NCBI GenBank assembly: GCA_040219255.1
Contig: JAVJSW010000060.1
Coordinates: 224,001 to 288,000, forward strand
Origin: Sumerlaeia bacterium
GTDB taxonomy: Bacteria > Sumerlaeota > Sumerlaeia > SLMS01 > JAHLLQ01
Direction: 5' to 3'
Length of the DNA: 64,000 nt
Shown here: one piece after another, positions 19,284-28,926 of the stretch
Position numbering within the stretch: position 1 is the first letter of the stretch
Layout of the letters: each line of letters begins with the position of its first letter
Translations under genes and position numbers: made by a program
The notes under the pieces: generated by a model
What the model was told of the DNA's origin: nothing
The model's input: the letters and a program-made list of their open reading frames with translations, nothing else
Database searches by the model: none

Positions 19284-20753
19284 TTATGACGCTTCCGGTG
19301 CCCGCCCGTGCATCGCTTTCATCGCCACGACGTAAAGTCCGGCCGCCAGGAAGAAACCGATGAACCAGGCGAAGAGATAAATTGTGTCGAAGAAACCGGG
19401 AAAGATGGCCTTGCCCGTGGCCGCGTTGATGAACCCCGGCACATTGGGAAGCGCTGCCAGGAAGAAGACCGCCAGAGCCAGGAGATTGAACCCGCCTCGG
19501 TAGGAGTAGATGCCCGCGGGGTCGTAGAGCGCCTGGACATCCAGGACTTGCCGCCGGCGAACGAAAAAGTCGGCGATCATGATTCCCGCGATGGGGCCGA
19601 GGAGCGCGCTGTAGCCGATCATCCAGGTGAAGATGTAGCCCTGGGTGCTTTCGATCAGCTTCCAGGGCAGAATGAAGGCCCCGATGACCGCGGCGATCAC
19701 ACCTCCCATTTTGAAACTGATCTTGCGAGGCAGCAGGTTGGCGATGTCGTTGGCCGGGCTGACCACGTTGGCCGCGATGTTGGTGGAGAGCGTAGCGATG
19801 GTCAGGCCCACCAGCGCGATGACCACGGCGACGCCCCGGTCGAATCGGGCGAACAGCGCCACCGGGTCCCAGATGGCCTCGCCATAGAGTGTCACCGTCG
19901 CCGCCGTCACCAGGATTCCGATGAGCGCGAACAGCGTCATGGTGGAGGGAAGACCGATGGTCTGGCCCAGAATCTGGGACTTCTGGCTTTTCGCATAACG
20001 CGAGAAGTCCGGAATGTTCAGCGATAGCGTGGCCCAGTATCCCACCACGGCGGTCAGGTTGGGGATGAAGACCTTCCAGAACTGCCAGCCTTGGAGCGTG
20101 CCCTTGTTGGCGAAGATGGCTTGCGTGCCGGCCTTCGACCACGCCCACCAGAGCAGCACCAGTCCGCCGACGATCAGGAACGGCGCGGAGAGTTTTTCGA
20201 GCCATTTGATCCAGCCCATGCCCTTGACGATGATCGCCACGTTCATGACCCAGAAGAGGAAAAAGCAGAAGAGTTGGCCAAAGCTGATCCCGATCACCGG
20301 TAGAGCGACCGGTTCGGGCGTCTTCCCGATCAGGGAGAAAAACAGTGTGTAGATCGCCGAACCGCCCACCCAGGTCTGAATGCCGAACCAACCGCAGGCG
20401 ACGATCCCGCGCATGATGGCCGGAATGTTGGCGCCCTTGGTCCCGAAGGACGACCGCAGCAGCACCGGAAAGGGGATGCCGTATTTGGTGCCCGGCACCG
20501 CGTTCAGGACCATCGGAACCAGCACGATCACGTTGCCGAGCAGCACCGTAATCCCCGCCTGCCACCAGGACATCCCCTGCTCGATCATGCCGGACGCGAG
20601 GAAATAGGTCGTGATGCAGACCGACATGCCGACCCAGAGCGCCGCGATATCCCAAGTCCCCCACGTGCGCTGGCTTTCCGCCGTGGGCGCGAGGTCCTCG
20701 TTGTAGAGGGAGCTGGTGGTGTCGATGGGGGTGGAGGACTCGTTCGCAGACAT
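19284..20753 (-). CDS. NCS1 family nucleobase:cation symporter
   Basis: YNEDLAPT, KYGIPFPV, CGWFGIQTW, WATLSLNIPDFSRY, TNIAANVVSP; about 12 TM segments. Confidence 0.95.
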   Translation of the reverse strand: MSANESSTPIDTTSSLYNEDLAPTAESQRTWGTWDIAALWVGMSVCITTYFLASGMIEQGMSWWQAGITVLLGNVIVLVPMVLNAVPGTKYGIPFPVLLRSSFGTKGANIPAIMRGIVACGWFGIQTWVGGSAIYTLFFSLIGKTPEPVALPVIGISFGQLFCFFLFWVMNVAIIVKGMGWIKWLEKLSAPFLIVGGLVLLWWAWSKAGTQAIFANKGTLQGWQFWKVFIPNLTAVVGYWATLSLNIPDFSRYAKSQKSQILGQTIGLPSTMTLFALIGILVTAATVTLYGEAIWDPVALFARFDRGVAVVIALVGLTIATLSTNIAANVVSPANDIANLLPRKISFKMGGVIAAVIGAFILPWKLIESTQGYIFTWMIGYSALLGPIAGIMIADFFVRRRQVLDVQALYDPAGIYSYRGGFNLLALAVFFLAALPNVPGFINAATGKAIFPGFFDTIYLFAWFIGFFLAAGLYVVAMKAMHGRAPEAS

Positions 20754-20875
20754 CTCGAGGAGAACCGTTCTAATAGCTGGGTCTGAGTGTTTATCCAGAG
20801 GATGAACGGGGAGTTAGGCCGCCCCAACTGTTTTTCGTCAAGACAAGAGAGCGCCCGAGTCTGAATTGCCCCGTG

Positions 20876-21727
20876 TCATGCTTTGCGCGCACATAGGCAA
20901 ATCGAGTCCATGCAGAGCGCTCCGAAGAGAAAGCCGCTGTGGCTGAGGCGGGAATTCTCCAGCCAGGCGCTGATCCCGATGGAGCGCTGAAGCGCCGGAT
21001 AGAGCGGCAAGATTCCCCACCGAGCCATCCGGTCCGGTTTGATCCAAGGTTGGCTGCACCGGCTGAAGCCGCATCCCTTCATCAACGCCACGGCCTCAAG
21101 AAGGTCGTACTCCTTCAGGTGGAGGCCTTCGGGCAGGTGGCCCTTCGGCAGGAAGAACTTGCTGATATCGTGCGGACCGGTCCGCCGGGGTGGAGTGATG
21201 CAGACGAATCGCCCGCCGGGGCTCAGCACACGGAAAACCTCACGTGTCTGTGCCTCCGCGTCGTCCGGGTGCAGATGCTCCAGCACGTTGTTTGAATAGG
21301 CCAAATCGATGGACGCATCGGGCAGGGGAATGGTGGTTCCGTCGAAGGCTAGAGCACGGGCGTTCGGCCGGCCGGCCTTATCAAACCGGGCCTGGCAGCG
21401 GGCCACGACGTTCTGGTCCACTTCAAGGCCGATGGCCTCGCAGGCGTACTGGGCGAATTGCAGGGTGGCGGTGCCCAGGCCGCAGCCGATGTCGAGAACG
21501 GCGCGCCCCTCGCCCCAACCCCGCAGCATCCGCACGAAGTAATCCATCGTGCCGAATTCGGTGACGCCCGAAGACTCGCTGAAGAACTGCGCGTACAGTT
21601 GCCCGTAAGCCTCGTTGTAGAGCGCCTTGCGCTTCTCGGGATCGTCCTCTTCCAGGAGCAGAAAGTGGTACTTGCGCTCGTGCTCGAATTGAGCCCGTCG
21701 CTTGTCGTCCGGGGGAAGTGAGGTCAT
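20876..21727 (-). CDS. Class I SAM-dependent methyltransferase
   Basis: VLDIGCGLG, IDLAYSNNVLEH, RVLSPGG; ATGA overlap with upstream gene. Confidence 0.85.
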   Translation of the reverse strand: MTSLPPDDKRRAQFEHERKYHFLLLEEDDPEKRKALYNEAYGQLYAQFFSESSGVTEFGTMDYFVRMLRGWGEGRAVLDIGCGLGTATLQFAQYACEAIGLEVDQNVVARCQARFDKAGRPNARALAFDGTTIPLPDASIDLAYSNNVLEHLHPDDAEAQTREVFRVLSPGGRFVCITPPRRTGPHDISKFFLPKGHLPEGLHLKEYDLLEAVALMKGCGFSRCSQPWIKPDRMARWGILPLYPALQRSIGISAWLENSRLSHSGFLFGALCMDSICLCARKA

Positions 21728-22071
21728 TGGGTAAGCCTCTGCGCGATCGCCGCCACCCGCCCGCGAGCCACGGCTTTGTTTTCTTCGGTTTGCTTCGGAT
21801 CGGCATTGGCGGCCTTCAGGTACCGCCGCCATGCCTTCAGCGAGGCCCGGCCTTCGCCCTCCATCTTCTCCACCGTTACCGCATAGTTGAAGTGATTCCC
21901 CGCCAACGTCCGGTCCAGCAGCGATCCGAACAGAAACATCGACCGGGCGTCCGCAAGGTTCCCCGCTTCATACTCGGCGGAGCCTTCCAGGAACAGGCCT
22001 TCCGCCGCCGCGCGGTCGCGGCGGCGCAGAAGGATGGTCAGGAGGTGGGCGGGTTTGGGGGCGAAGGGCAT
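21724..22071 (-). CDS. Small TPR-like protein
   Basis: Helical repeat pattern (GSAEYEAGNLADARSMF...HFNYAV...AWRRYL). Confidence 0.55.
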   Translation of the reverse strand: MPFAPKPAHLLTILLRRRDRAAAEGLFLEGSAEYEAGNLADARSMFLFGSLLDRTLAGNHFNYAVTVEKMEGEGRASLKAWRRYLKAANADPKQTEENKAVARGRVAAIAQRLTQ

Positions 22072-22075
22072 TGGA

Positions 22076-22387
22076 TCAGGAAATCACCGCGTCGATATCC
22101 AAATTGCGCCGGACGTGACAAATGCGCAACACGCGGAGGTGGTCTTCGAAGACGCAATAGAAGATGAGATAGTGCGGCAGAGTGTCCACGCGCCAAATGC
22201 GGATCGGAGGCTCGGCGTCGCCGCTTTCTTCCCAGACGCGGCCCGCTCGCGGAGATTGCGCGAGATCCTCAAACGTTCTCTCGGCGGCCGCGAGGAACGC
22301 GAATCCATGGCCAGACGTGCGGCGTTCCAGTTCGAGAGAAATCTCCGCCAGGTCGAACTCGGCGGCGGCCGACGTGATCGATTTCAT
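22076..22387 (-). CDS. parE: ParE/RelE family toxin
   Basis: AAEFDLAEI...LAQSPRAG...YLIFY...VLRICH.RR; coupled to antitoxin. Confidence 0.8.
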   Translation of the reverse strand: MKSITSAAAEFDLAEISLELERRTSGHGFAFLAAAERTFEDLAQSPRAGRVWEESGDAEPPIRIWRVDTLPHYLIFYCVFEDHLRVLRICHVRRNLDIDAVIS

Positions 22388-22662
22388 CAGGCCAACTTCC
22401 GCTCCTCATCCGCGCCAACCTCGCGGGCGAGATTCTCGCGCAGCTTCTCCCAGAATTCCGGCGTCACCTCGCGCGGTGGCTCCTCGCTCTCCAACGCCTC
22501 CTTCAGCAGCCGGTTGATGCGATCACGCTCGCGGCTGATGCGGTCGCGGCGGATCAGGTCGCGCACGTATTCGCTGTGGCTGCCGTAGTTGCCGCTGGCG
22601 ACTTGCGCGTCCACATACTCGCGCAGTTCTTTCGTGAGGGAAACGTTGAGGGTGTTCGCCAT
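22387..22662 (-). CDS. parD: ParD family (ribbon-helix-helix) antitoxin
   Basis: TLNVSL...VASGNYGSHSEYVRDLIR; stop overlaps toxin start. Confidence 0.88.
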   Translation of the reverse strand: MANTLNVSLTKELREYVDAQVASGNYGSHSEYVRDLIRRDRISRERDRINRLLKEALESEEPPREVTPEFWEKLRENLAREVGADEERKLA

Positions 22663-22725
22663 GGGATGGGCCGCCTTTCGCGCCGAAAAATCACGGCCGA
22701 CATTGGCAAAGATTGCCAAAGTTTG

Positions 22726-23013
22726 TCAAGACCCGCCGGCTCGGCTCCCCTCGTCCAGGCCCTCCGTCAAGTCCTCCAGGTACAAATCCTTCTCGATCCA
22801 GTAGCGGATCTGGCGCTTTTCGCAGCCCGCGTATTTCAGATCGTCCATGGCCTGATCGACGCGTTGCATTGAGCCGGTGGCCAGGAACAGGTCGCGCATC
22901 GGCTCGTATTTGTCCTCGGGCACATAGCAGCGGTTGGTGCTGTACCAGGAGCAGCCGCCGAGCAGAGTGGCCGCCGCCACGGTGACAATCAGGGTGGGAA
23001 GGGCTCGCCGCAT
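22726..23013 (-). CDS. Small lipoprotein, unknown function
   Basis: MRRALPTLIVTVAAATLLGGC lipobox-like signal. Confidence 0.7.
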   Translation of the reverse strand: MRRALPTLIVTVAAATLLGGCSWYSTNRCYVPEDKYEPMRDLFLATGSMQRVDQAMDDLKYAGCEKRQIRYWIEKDLYLEDLTEGLDEGSRAGGS

Positions 23014-23157
23014 GAGTCGCTGACCTCGGAGAGAAAAGGTTGAGACCGTGAGGAAAGGACTCCCGCCGCGCGGGGGCAAGGGACTTCCCGCTTGTCATCG
23101 GGGCGCCACCGCGCGGAACGTCTTTGGCTCAAGCGCAGGAAGAGGTCCCCCCCGTTC

Positions 23158-24015
23158 ATGTCCCCCACGCCCCCACCCACCCACGTCGTCCGCGCGGACA
23201 ATCTGATCAAGGAATACGGCAAGAACCGCGTCGTGAAAGGCGTGTCGCTGCAAGTCGGCACCGGCGAAGTCGTCGGCCTGCTCGGTCCCAACGGCGCCGG
23301 CAAGACCACCACCTTCAAGATGCTGGTGGGCTTCGAGCCCCCCACCGGCGGCAGTGTGACTTTCGACGGCGAGGACATCACGCGCCTGCCGATTCACATG
23401 CGGGCCCGTCGAGGCATCAGCTATCTGGCCCAGGAAACCAGCGTCTTCCGCAAGATGTCGGTGCGCGACAATCTGAAGGCCATCCTGGAAGCGCGCGGCG
23501 TGCCCCGAAACGAGATCCGCACCCGCATCGATCAACTCGAGGAAGAGTTGGGCATCGGGCACCTGCGCCGCCGCATCGCCGAGCGCCTCTCCGGCGGCGA
23601 AAAGCGCCGCGTCGAAATCGCCCGCGCCCTCACCACCAACCCCCGCTTCATCTTCCTCGACGAACCCTTCGCCGGCATCGACCCGCCCACCGTCGAAGAC
23701 CTCCAGCTTATCATCGGCCAGCTCCGCGAACGGGGCCTTGGCGTCCTCATCACCGACCACAACGTCCGCGAAACCCTCGCCATCACCGACCGCTCCTACA
23801 TCATTTTCGAAGGCCAGGTGCGCGTCAGCGGCACCGTCGACGAAGTCGCCAACCATCCCGACGTCAGCGGCTACATCACCGACCGCATTCGCCGGGACAT
23901 CGAGATGGAGCAGCGGGAGAAGGAAGCGCGGCTCGCCGTGGCGAAAGCGGCCACTGGCCCAAAAGCCGACGCGGGAGCGGGCTCGGCGGGCGAGAAGCGC
24001 GACGCCCCGAAATAA
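23158..24015 (+). CDS. lptB: LPS export ABC ATPase
   Basis: VGLLGPNGAGKTT, YLAQETSVFRK, LSGGEKRRVEIAR, DEPFAGIDP, ITDHNVRETL. Confidence 0.93.
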   Translation: MSPTPPPTHVVRADNLIKEYGKNRVVKGVSLQVGTGEVVGLLGPNGAGKTTTFKMLVGFEPPTGGSVTFDGEDITRLPIHMRARRGISYLAQETSVFRKMSVRDNLKAILEARGVPRNEIRTRIDQLEEELGIGHLRRRIAERLSGGEKRRVEIARALTTNPRFIFLDEPFAGIDPPTVEDLQLIIGQLRERGLGVLITDHNVRETLAITDRSYIIFEGQVRVSGTVDEVANHPDVSGYITDRIRRDIEMEQREKEARLAVAKAATGPKADAGAGSAGEKRDAPK

Positions 24016-24099
24016 TTCTCTAGCTTCAAAACTGGCTTGACGAAGAAGGCTCTTTAATTCACTGGTGTACTATCCTGCTGGATTCGGAGGCTCCTTCCC

Positions 24100-26226
24100 A
24101 TGGCCGCAACCCGGTTCGTTCTCCCCCCATTCTCCCGGCTCCTACTGCCCGGCCTTCTGCTCTTGCCTGCCGGCCTTGAGGCCAGTGCCCCGCCGTCCAC
24201 CTGCGCCGACCCGCTCGAACGCATCGAACTGCTCAGCCTGATGCCGGACATGACCCAGATGTTCCCGGTCATCCTCGCCGAGGTCACCGTCAAGACCTTC
24301 CACGGCGCCACCTGCCAACTGGGCCTCAATGATTTCGCCCTCGTCGAAGACGGGGTCGAACAACAGGTCGACTCCGTGATCTGCCATTCCGAAGGCAGCC
24401 CCTTCGCCGACGTGGTGTTCCTGTTCGACGACAGCGCCAGCATGCTGGACGAACTGGCTCAGTTGCAGGCCGCAATGATGTCCATCACCGCGACGATCTC
24501 AGGCTTCTATCCTCAGACTCGGTACGGCCTGATGACCTATGCCGACGGATTTCTCGTCGTGTCCGAAATGACCGACGATCAGCAGGCTTTCACTGACGCG
24601 GTCAGCACCATCGTGCCCGAGGGCGCTGACGAACCGGCGTTCGACGGCCTGATTTCCGCCCGCAACTCGTTCCGCTTTCGCGAGGCTTCGGCGCGCCTCT
24701 TCGTTCTCATCACGGACGAATTATCCAACGGCGACGAGGCCGGCCGCGACGTGGCGGCGGAAACGATCCGCGCCTTCGGGGGCAAGGTCATCGCCGTCTC
24801 GCCCGCCTTCGACGGCCTTTTTCCCAGTCAGGCTGCGCGAGATGTGCGGCCCCTGGCAACAGCTACCGGAGGCGTTTGGACCAATATCGAGCAGACGGAC
24901 CTGAGGGCTTTGGCGGACGTTATTCTTTCCGAGATCAACGCGCGCTACGAAATCCGCTACACCACCACCAACCGGATGGCGATGGGCGAACTGCGCCATG
25001 TCTGCATCACGGCCTTGGACCCGCAGGCGGGGCCCCTGCCGGTCTTCGGGAACTATCACGCTCCCGGCATGGGCGGCACGGACTTCTCCATAGCCGAGCC
25101 CGCCCTCACATGGGAAGCAAAGCAAACCACACCAGCGCTGAAGGTCGACGGAAGCCCGGCCCGCTTCGACTTCACCAACCACGCCGAGGGCTGGACCTTC
25201 GCCGCGCCGGAGGCCTTTACCGCACCAGAACCCCAAAGCCGCCCCGGAGCCATCGGCATGAAGGCCAGGGACAACACCAAGACCTTCGGATTCTGGGAAT
25301 CCCCCATGCTCCACGTTCTCACCTATTTGGGCGACCTGCGCCGCGGCGAAGTTCCTCTGAGCGGTTCTCTCGCCAAAGAGAACCTCTACCGGGCGCGGTT
25401 CAAGGTCATGAACCCGGGCGGGAATTTCTCGACCGCGCCCACGATTCGCCTGCGGACTTCGACTGCCGATTTCCAGCGCAGCGATATGCTGATTTCCACC
25501 TCGGTGCATAACGCCGGATTCTCTCCCACCCGCAGCGGAATGCTCTACGATCACTTCTTCACCCAGCCCGAAGGCAGCCCGCGTATCCGTCTCGATTTCG
25601 ACATGTTGAACGCCGATCCCTCGGACGATCCCAACGCCACGCTGGAACTCGACTCCGTCGAGGTCGTGGGCGTGCCGCTGGAGTCGCTGAGCGGTGCGCG
25701 GCTCGAAGGCGAATGGGACTTCACCGAGGGTCAACTCCATCGATGGAGCCTCGCCGGAACTCAGGCCTTTGCCCAACCAGCCGGCACACGAGGAATCGAG
25801 GGCCTGACGCTTCGGGGCCGAGATGTTTCCGGCGAAGGCGGCGTGCTCTTCGGCTGGTGGGGATCGACCCTCGGCGGCGACGCCGTGACGCTCGAAGCGA
25901 ACCGCCTCTACCGCGTGCGCTTCACCGTCGGCAGCACCGCCCGCCCCGGCGAAGTCTGGACCGTTCCCACCTTCCGCCTGCGACTCAACGACAGCTCCTA
26001 CATGTCGTCGCTCTGCGTGAATATCGAGAGCGTGGACTTCGACTCGAATATCCCGACCGCCGGAAATCCCGTCATTTACGATGCCTGGTTCCACGCGCCA
26101 TGGGAACTGACGGGTCAGAAGCTGATCTTCTCGCTGGATGTGCTGCACGCCACGGGCGATGGCAACGACCCCAACCATGTGCTGGCCCTGCGCGGGCTCC
26201 AGGTCGTTTCCTACGACAAGCCGTGA
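24100..26226 (+). CDS. Secreted vWA-domain protein with duplicated C-terminal beta module
   Basis: Signal peptide; MIDAS-like DDSASM, LITDE; two repeats FG(F/W)W.S...LYR.RF...PT(I/F)RLR. Confidence 0.8.
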   Translation: MAATRFVLPPFSRLLLPGLLLLPAGLEASAPPSTCADPLERIELLSLMPDMTQMFPVILAEVTVKTFHGATCQLGLNDFALVEDGVEQQVDSVICHSEGSPFADVVFLFDDSASMLDELAQLQAAMMSITATISGFYPQTRYGLMTYADGFLVVSEMTDDQQAFTDAVSTIVPEGADEPAFDGLISARNSFRFREASARLFVLITDELSNGDEAGRDVAAETIRAFGGKVIAVSPAFDGLFPSQAARDVRPLATATGGVWTNIEQTDLRALADVILSEINARYEIRYTTTNRMAMGELRHVCITALDPQAGPLPVFGNYHAPGMGGTDFSIAEPALTWEAKQTTPALKVDGSPARFDFTNHAEGWTFAAPEAFTAPEPQSRPGAIGMKARDNTKTFGFWESPMLHVLTYLGDLRRGEVPLSGSLAKENLYRARFKVMNPGGNFSTAPTIRLRTSTADFQRSDMLISTSVHNAGFSPTRSGMLYDHFFTQPEGSPRIRLDFDMLNADPSDDPNATLELDSVEVVGVPLESLSGARLEGEWDFTEGQLHRWSLAGTQAFAQPAGTRGIEGLTLRGRDVSGEGGVLFGWWGSTLGGDAVTLEANRLYRVRFTVGSTARPGEVWTVPTFRLRLNDSSYMSSLCVNIESVDFDSNIPTAGNPVIYDAWFHAPWELTGQKLIFSLDVLHATGDGNDPNHVLALRGLQVVSYDKP

Positions 26227-26237
26227 CGCCGGCCTGC

Positions 26238-26669
26238 TCAGCCGTTCGACAGGCTCGCCTTCAACTCGATGTCCACCGCCGACAGCGCCTTCGACACCGG
26301 ACAACCGGTCTTGGTGCCGTCGGCGATTTCCTGGAACTTTTCGGCCGAAATTTCCGGCACCACAGCGCGGCATTCGAGGACGATCTTCGTGATGGCGAAG
26401 CCGCCCTCGACCTGCTCCAGATGAACGTTGGCGCTGGTCTCGACGCTTTTGGGGGTGAAGCCGTTCTTGCCGAGCCCGGCCGACAGGGCCATCGAGAAAC
26501 AACCCGCGTGGGCGGCGGCGATCAATTCCTCGGGGTTAGTGCCCTCGCCGTTTTCAAAGCGGGACTTGAAGGTGAACGGGCCTTCGTAGGCGCCGCTCTC
26601 CATCTTCATCGTGCCGTTGCCTTCTTTCAGGGTGCCGTTCCATAGGGCGTTGGCGGTGCGAATAGCCAT
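26238..26669 (-). CDS. osmC: OsmC peroxiredoxin
   Basis: WNGTLKEGNG, GTNPEELIAAAHAGCFSMALS, CPVSKAL. Confidence 0.95.
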   Translation of the reverse strand: MAIRTANALWNGTLKEGNGTMKMESGAYEGPFTFKSRFENGEGTNPEELIAAAHAGCFSMALSAGLGKNGFTPKSVETSANVHLEQVEGGFAITKIVLECRAVVPEISAEKFQEIADGTKTGCPVSKALSAVDIELKASLSNG

Positions 26670-26747
26670 GATTTCTTGCCTTTCCAAGAGTTGGAAAAGC
26701 GGAAAGCCAAAGCCAAGCCAACCGCGCTGCCTCGTGTCGCCCGGCTG

Positions 26748-27983
26748 CTACAAAATCACCAGCGCGAAGGCCGCGAAGAGCAGCAGCAGCATAACCGCCG
26801 AAATCGCGATAATCAGAGCCGGGGTGTAGGAAATGTCCGAACCATCACCGGGGCCGAGACCGAGCGCCACCGGCGTGGGGGTGGCCTGGGGATGAGGAGC
26901 CAGCGGCGCCATCGTGTCGGGGCGCGTCGCGTTCGTCTCGCGCGACTCCCGGCTTCTGGCTTTCGGGGGTTGGAGGAATGCGGGGCTGAGGGAAGCGGCC
27001 CGGATGATTTCCTCCGGCGTGATGCCCACCGATTCCTTGCGAGCTTCGCGCTTGAGCGCCCGCGCGAAGGCCCGGATGCTGGTGTAGCGGTCCTCCGGCC
27101 GCCACGCGAGCGCCCGCGCCAGAATCGCCTGCACGTCCTCTGTCATGCCCGGATGGCGCATCCGGCCGCCCAGCCCGGAACCGCCGCGCGGCAGCGATCC
27201 CGTCAGCATTTCGTACACGATCACCCCCAGGCTGTATTGATCCGCTGCCGTGGTCACGCAACTGCCGTCGCGATGCTGTTCCGGCGCCACATAATCCGGC
27301 GTGCCGATCAGCGCGCCGAAATCCGTCATGTCGCCAAGTTGCGTCACCAGGTTCGCCACGCCAAAATCGGTGACCATGACGCGGCCGTCGGGGCTCAGGA
27401 GGATGTTCGCCGGCTTCAGGTCGCGATGCACCAGGCCGATGTCATGGCAAGTCTGGACCGCCTCGGCCACCGGCCGGACCACCGCGGCGGCCTCGCCCAG
27501 CGTCACCATCCGCGCCGTCGACAGGCGATCTTTCAAGGTGCAGCCCGGGATGTACTCCGTCACCAGATACTCCAGACCCCCGGAGCGCCCCCGATCCAGC
27601 ACCGGCACAATCCCCGGGTGCGAGAGCGACGCCATCAGGTTCGCTTCGTGATCGAAGCGCTCGACCAGTTCCGGGTGCTCGGCGCACTCGGGAGGCAGGA
27701 CCTTGATGGCCACGACCCGCCCGTCGAAGGAGCGCACCGCGCTGTACACGATCCCCATACCGCCTTTGCCAAGGACGCCCAGGAGTTCGTAATTCGCCGG
27801 CCGGAACGTCTGCGCCAGCTTCATCGCCGAATCGTTGGCGGTCAGAATCTCATCCTTGCGATGAAGCAGAAAGGGCGTCTTGCAGTGCTCGCAGGTCATG
27901 ACCGGGAGGGGGGTCTTGGACTCGCGCAAGGTCGAAGCGGTAAGTGGCTCGGAGCAAAGGGGGCACTTGAGCGGTTGAGGCAT
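26748..27983 (-). CDS. Hanks-type Ser/Thr kinase with N-terminal Zn ribbon and C-terminal TM anchor
   Basis: CPLC..CEHC; LGKGGMG, VAIK, HRDLKPAN, DFG, GTPDYVAPE; hydrophobic C-terminus. Confidence 0.92.
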   Translation of the reverse strand: MPQPLKCPLCSEPLTASTLRESKTPLPVMTCEHCKTPFLLHRKDEILTANDSAMKLAQTFRPANYELLGVLGKGGMGIVYSAVRSFDGRVVAIKVLPPECAEHPELVERFDHEANLMASLSHPGIVPVLDRGRSGGLEYLVTEYIPGCTLKDRLSTARMVTLGEAAAVVRPVAEAVQTCHDIGLVHRDLKPANILLSPDGRVMVTDFGVANLVTQLGDMTDFGALIGTPDYVAPEQHRDGSCVTTAADQYSLGVIVYEMLTGSLPRGGSGLGGRMRHPGMTEDVQAILARALAWRPEDRYTSIRAFARALKREARKESVGITPEEIIRAASLSPAFLQPPKARSRESRETNATRPDTMAPLAPHPQATPTPVALGLGPGDGSDISYTPALIIAISAVMLLLLFAAFALVIL

Positions 27984-28295
27984 GGCGGCGCGGAATCGAA
28001 CCCGGCGAGATGAGCGGGGGAAAGAGTCAGGAGGCCATTTGGATCATCTCGTGTAAAGGGAGAATCACTGAGCGGAGAGGGCTTGATGGCATTCGATCCT
28101 TCGATGAGTCCCGGCAACTCAGCCGGCCGCACAGAAAAGTTTGATGCTATTGAAGTTAACCAGCCGCCTCGGGAGAGCCGATCCCTGACCGGCGAGGCGG
28201 AACCGGCAGACCATTCTCGCTCCCGAAGTCCGGTCCCTGATCCTTCAGGAAAATCCGCCTGGGAGGGAAGGTGGTAGGCGCGGAGAGTTTTCGGA

Positions 28296-28444
28296 CACAG
28301 ATGACGCGGATCGGCACAGATGAAATGGACCGAGGGAGCAGACCCATCTGATAAGCCATGCTCGAGAGACTCCTGCTCAAGACGACCATCGTCCCGCGAA
28401 ACCGCCCGCACCTCATCATCAGCGCTATCCGCGTTGATCCGTGG
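28296..28444. repeat. Paired inverted intergenic repeat (type A)
   Basis: CACAGATGACGCGGATCGGCACAGAT (28296) facing CATCAGCGCTATCCGCGTTGATCCGTGG (28417-28444). Confidence 0.6.
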
Positions 28445-28505
28445 AAAAAAATTTGAGAATGACCAAGAATGACCCCGCTCTTCCTTTCTGCGAAATTTCA
28501 GTTCT

Positions 28506-28809
28506 TCACCACAGGGGGCACAGAGGAGTGAGGTTTCACGGAGAGGAATCAAAGCGGGTAGTGGGAATGGATGGCCCGTGGAACCAAGTCCATAGAAACA
28601 AACGATCTGTCAATCCGCTCTCAAAATCTTTTTCCTGCAATCGCTAAAAAGTAGCGGCGATTTTGGAGTCATGTCTCATTGTTCAACTCTGTTTCAAGAG
28701 AACAGGCTGCAATATACCAGTCATCCGGCCAGGACTCGGGGCATGCTGATCGTTCCGGCCAACTACAAAGGCACCAATCATCTCTGCGTTCTCCGCGCCT
28801 CTTCGGTGA
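28506..28809. repeat. Paired inverted intergenic repeat (type B)
   Basis: TCACCACAGGGGGCACAGAGG (28506) facing TCTCTGCGTTCTCCGCGCCTCTTCGGTGA (28781-28809), AT-richer interior. Confidence 0.5.
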
Positions 28810-28926
28810 TTTCATGAAGAATCAGGGCGCCGCCGCCTTCGTGATCGATGGCAGCCAGCCCGAAATCCAGAGTCAGGAAGCTCCGGATTTCATCGTGCGA
28901 TTCATGTCGTCCTGGCGGGAGGCGCC

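Noticed and set aside
27896-28552. 218-aa minus-strand ORF across the intergenic patch
   Set aside because: Runs through the repeat elements, overlaps the kinase start, low-information composition with no motifs.
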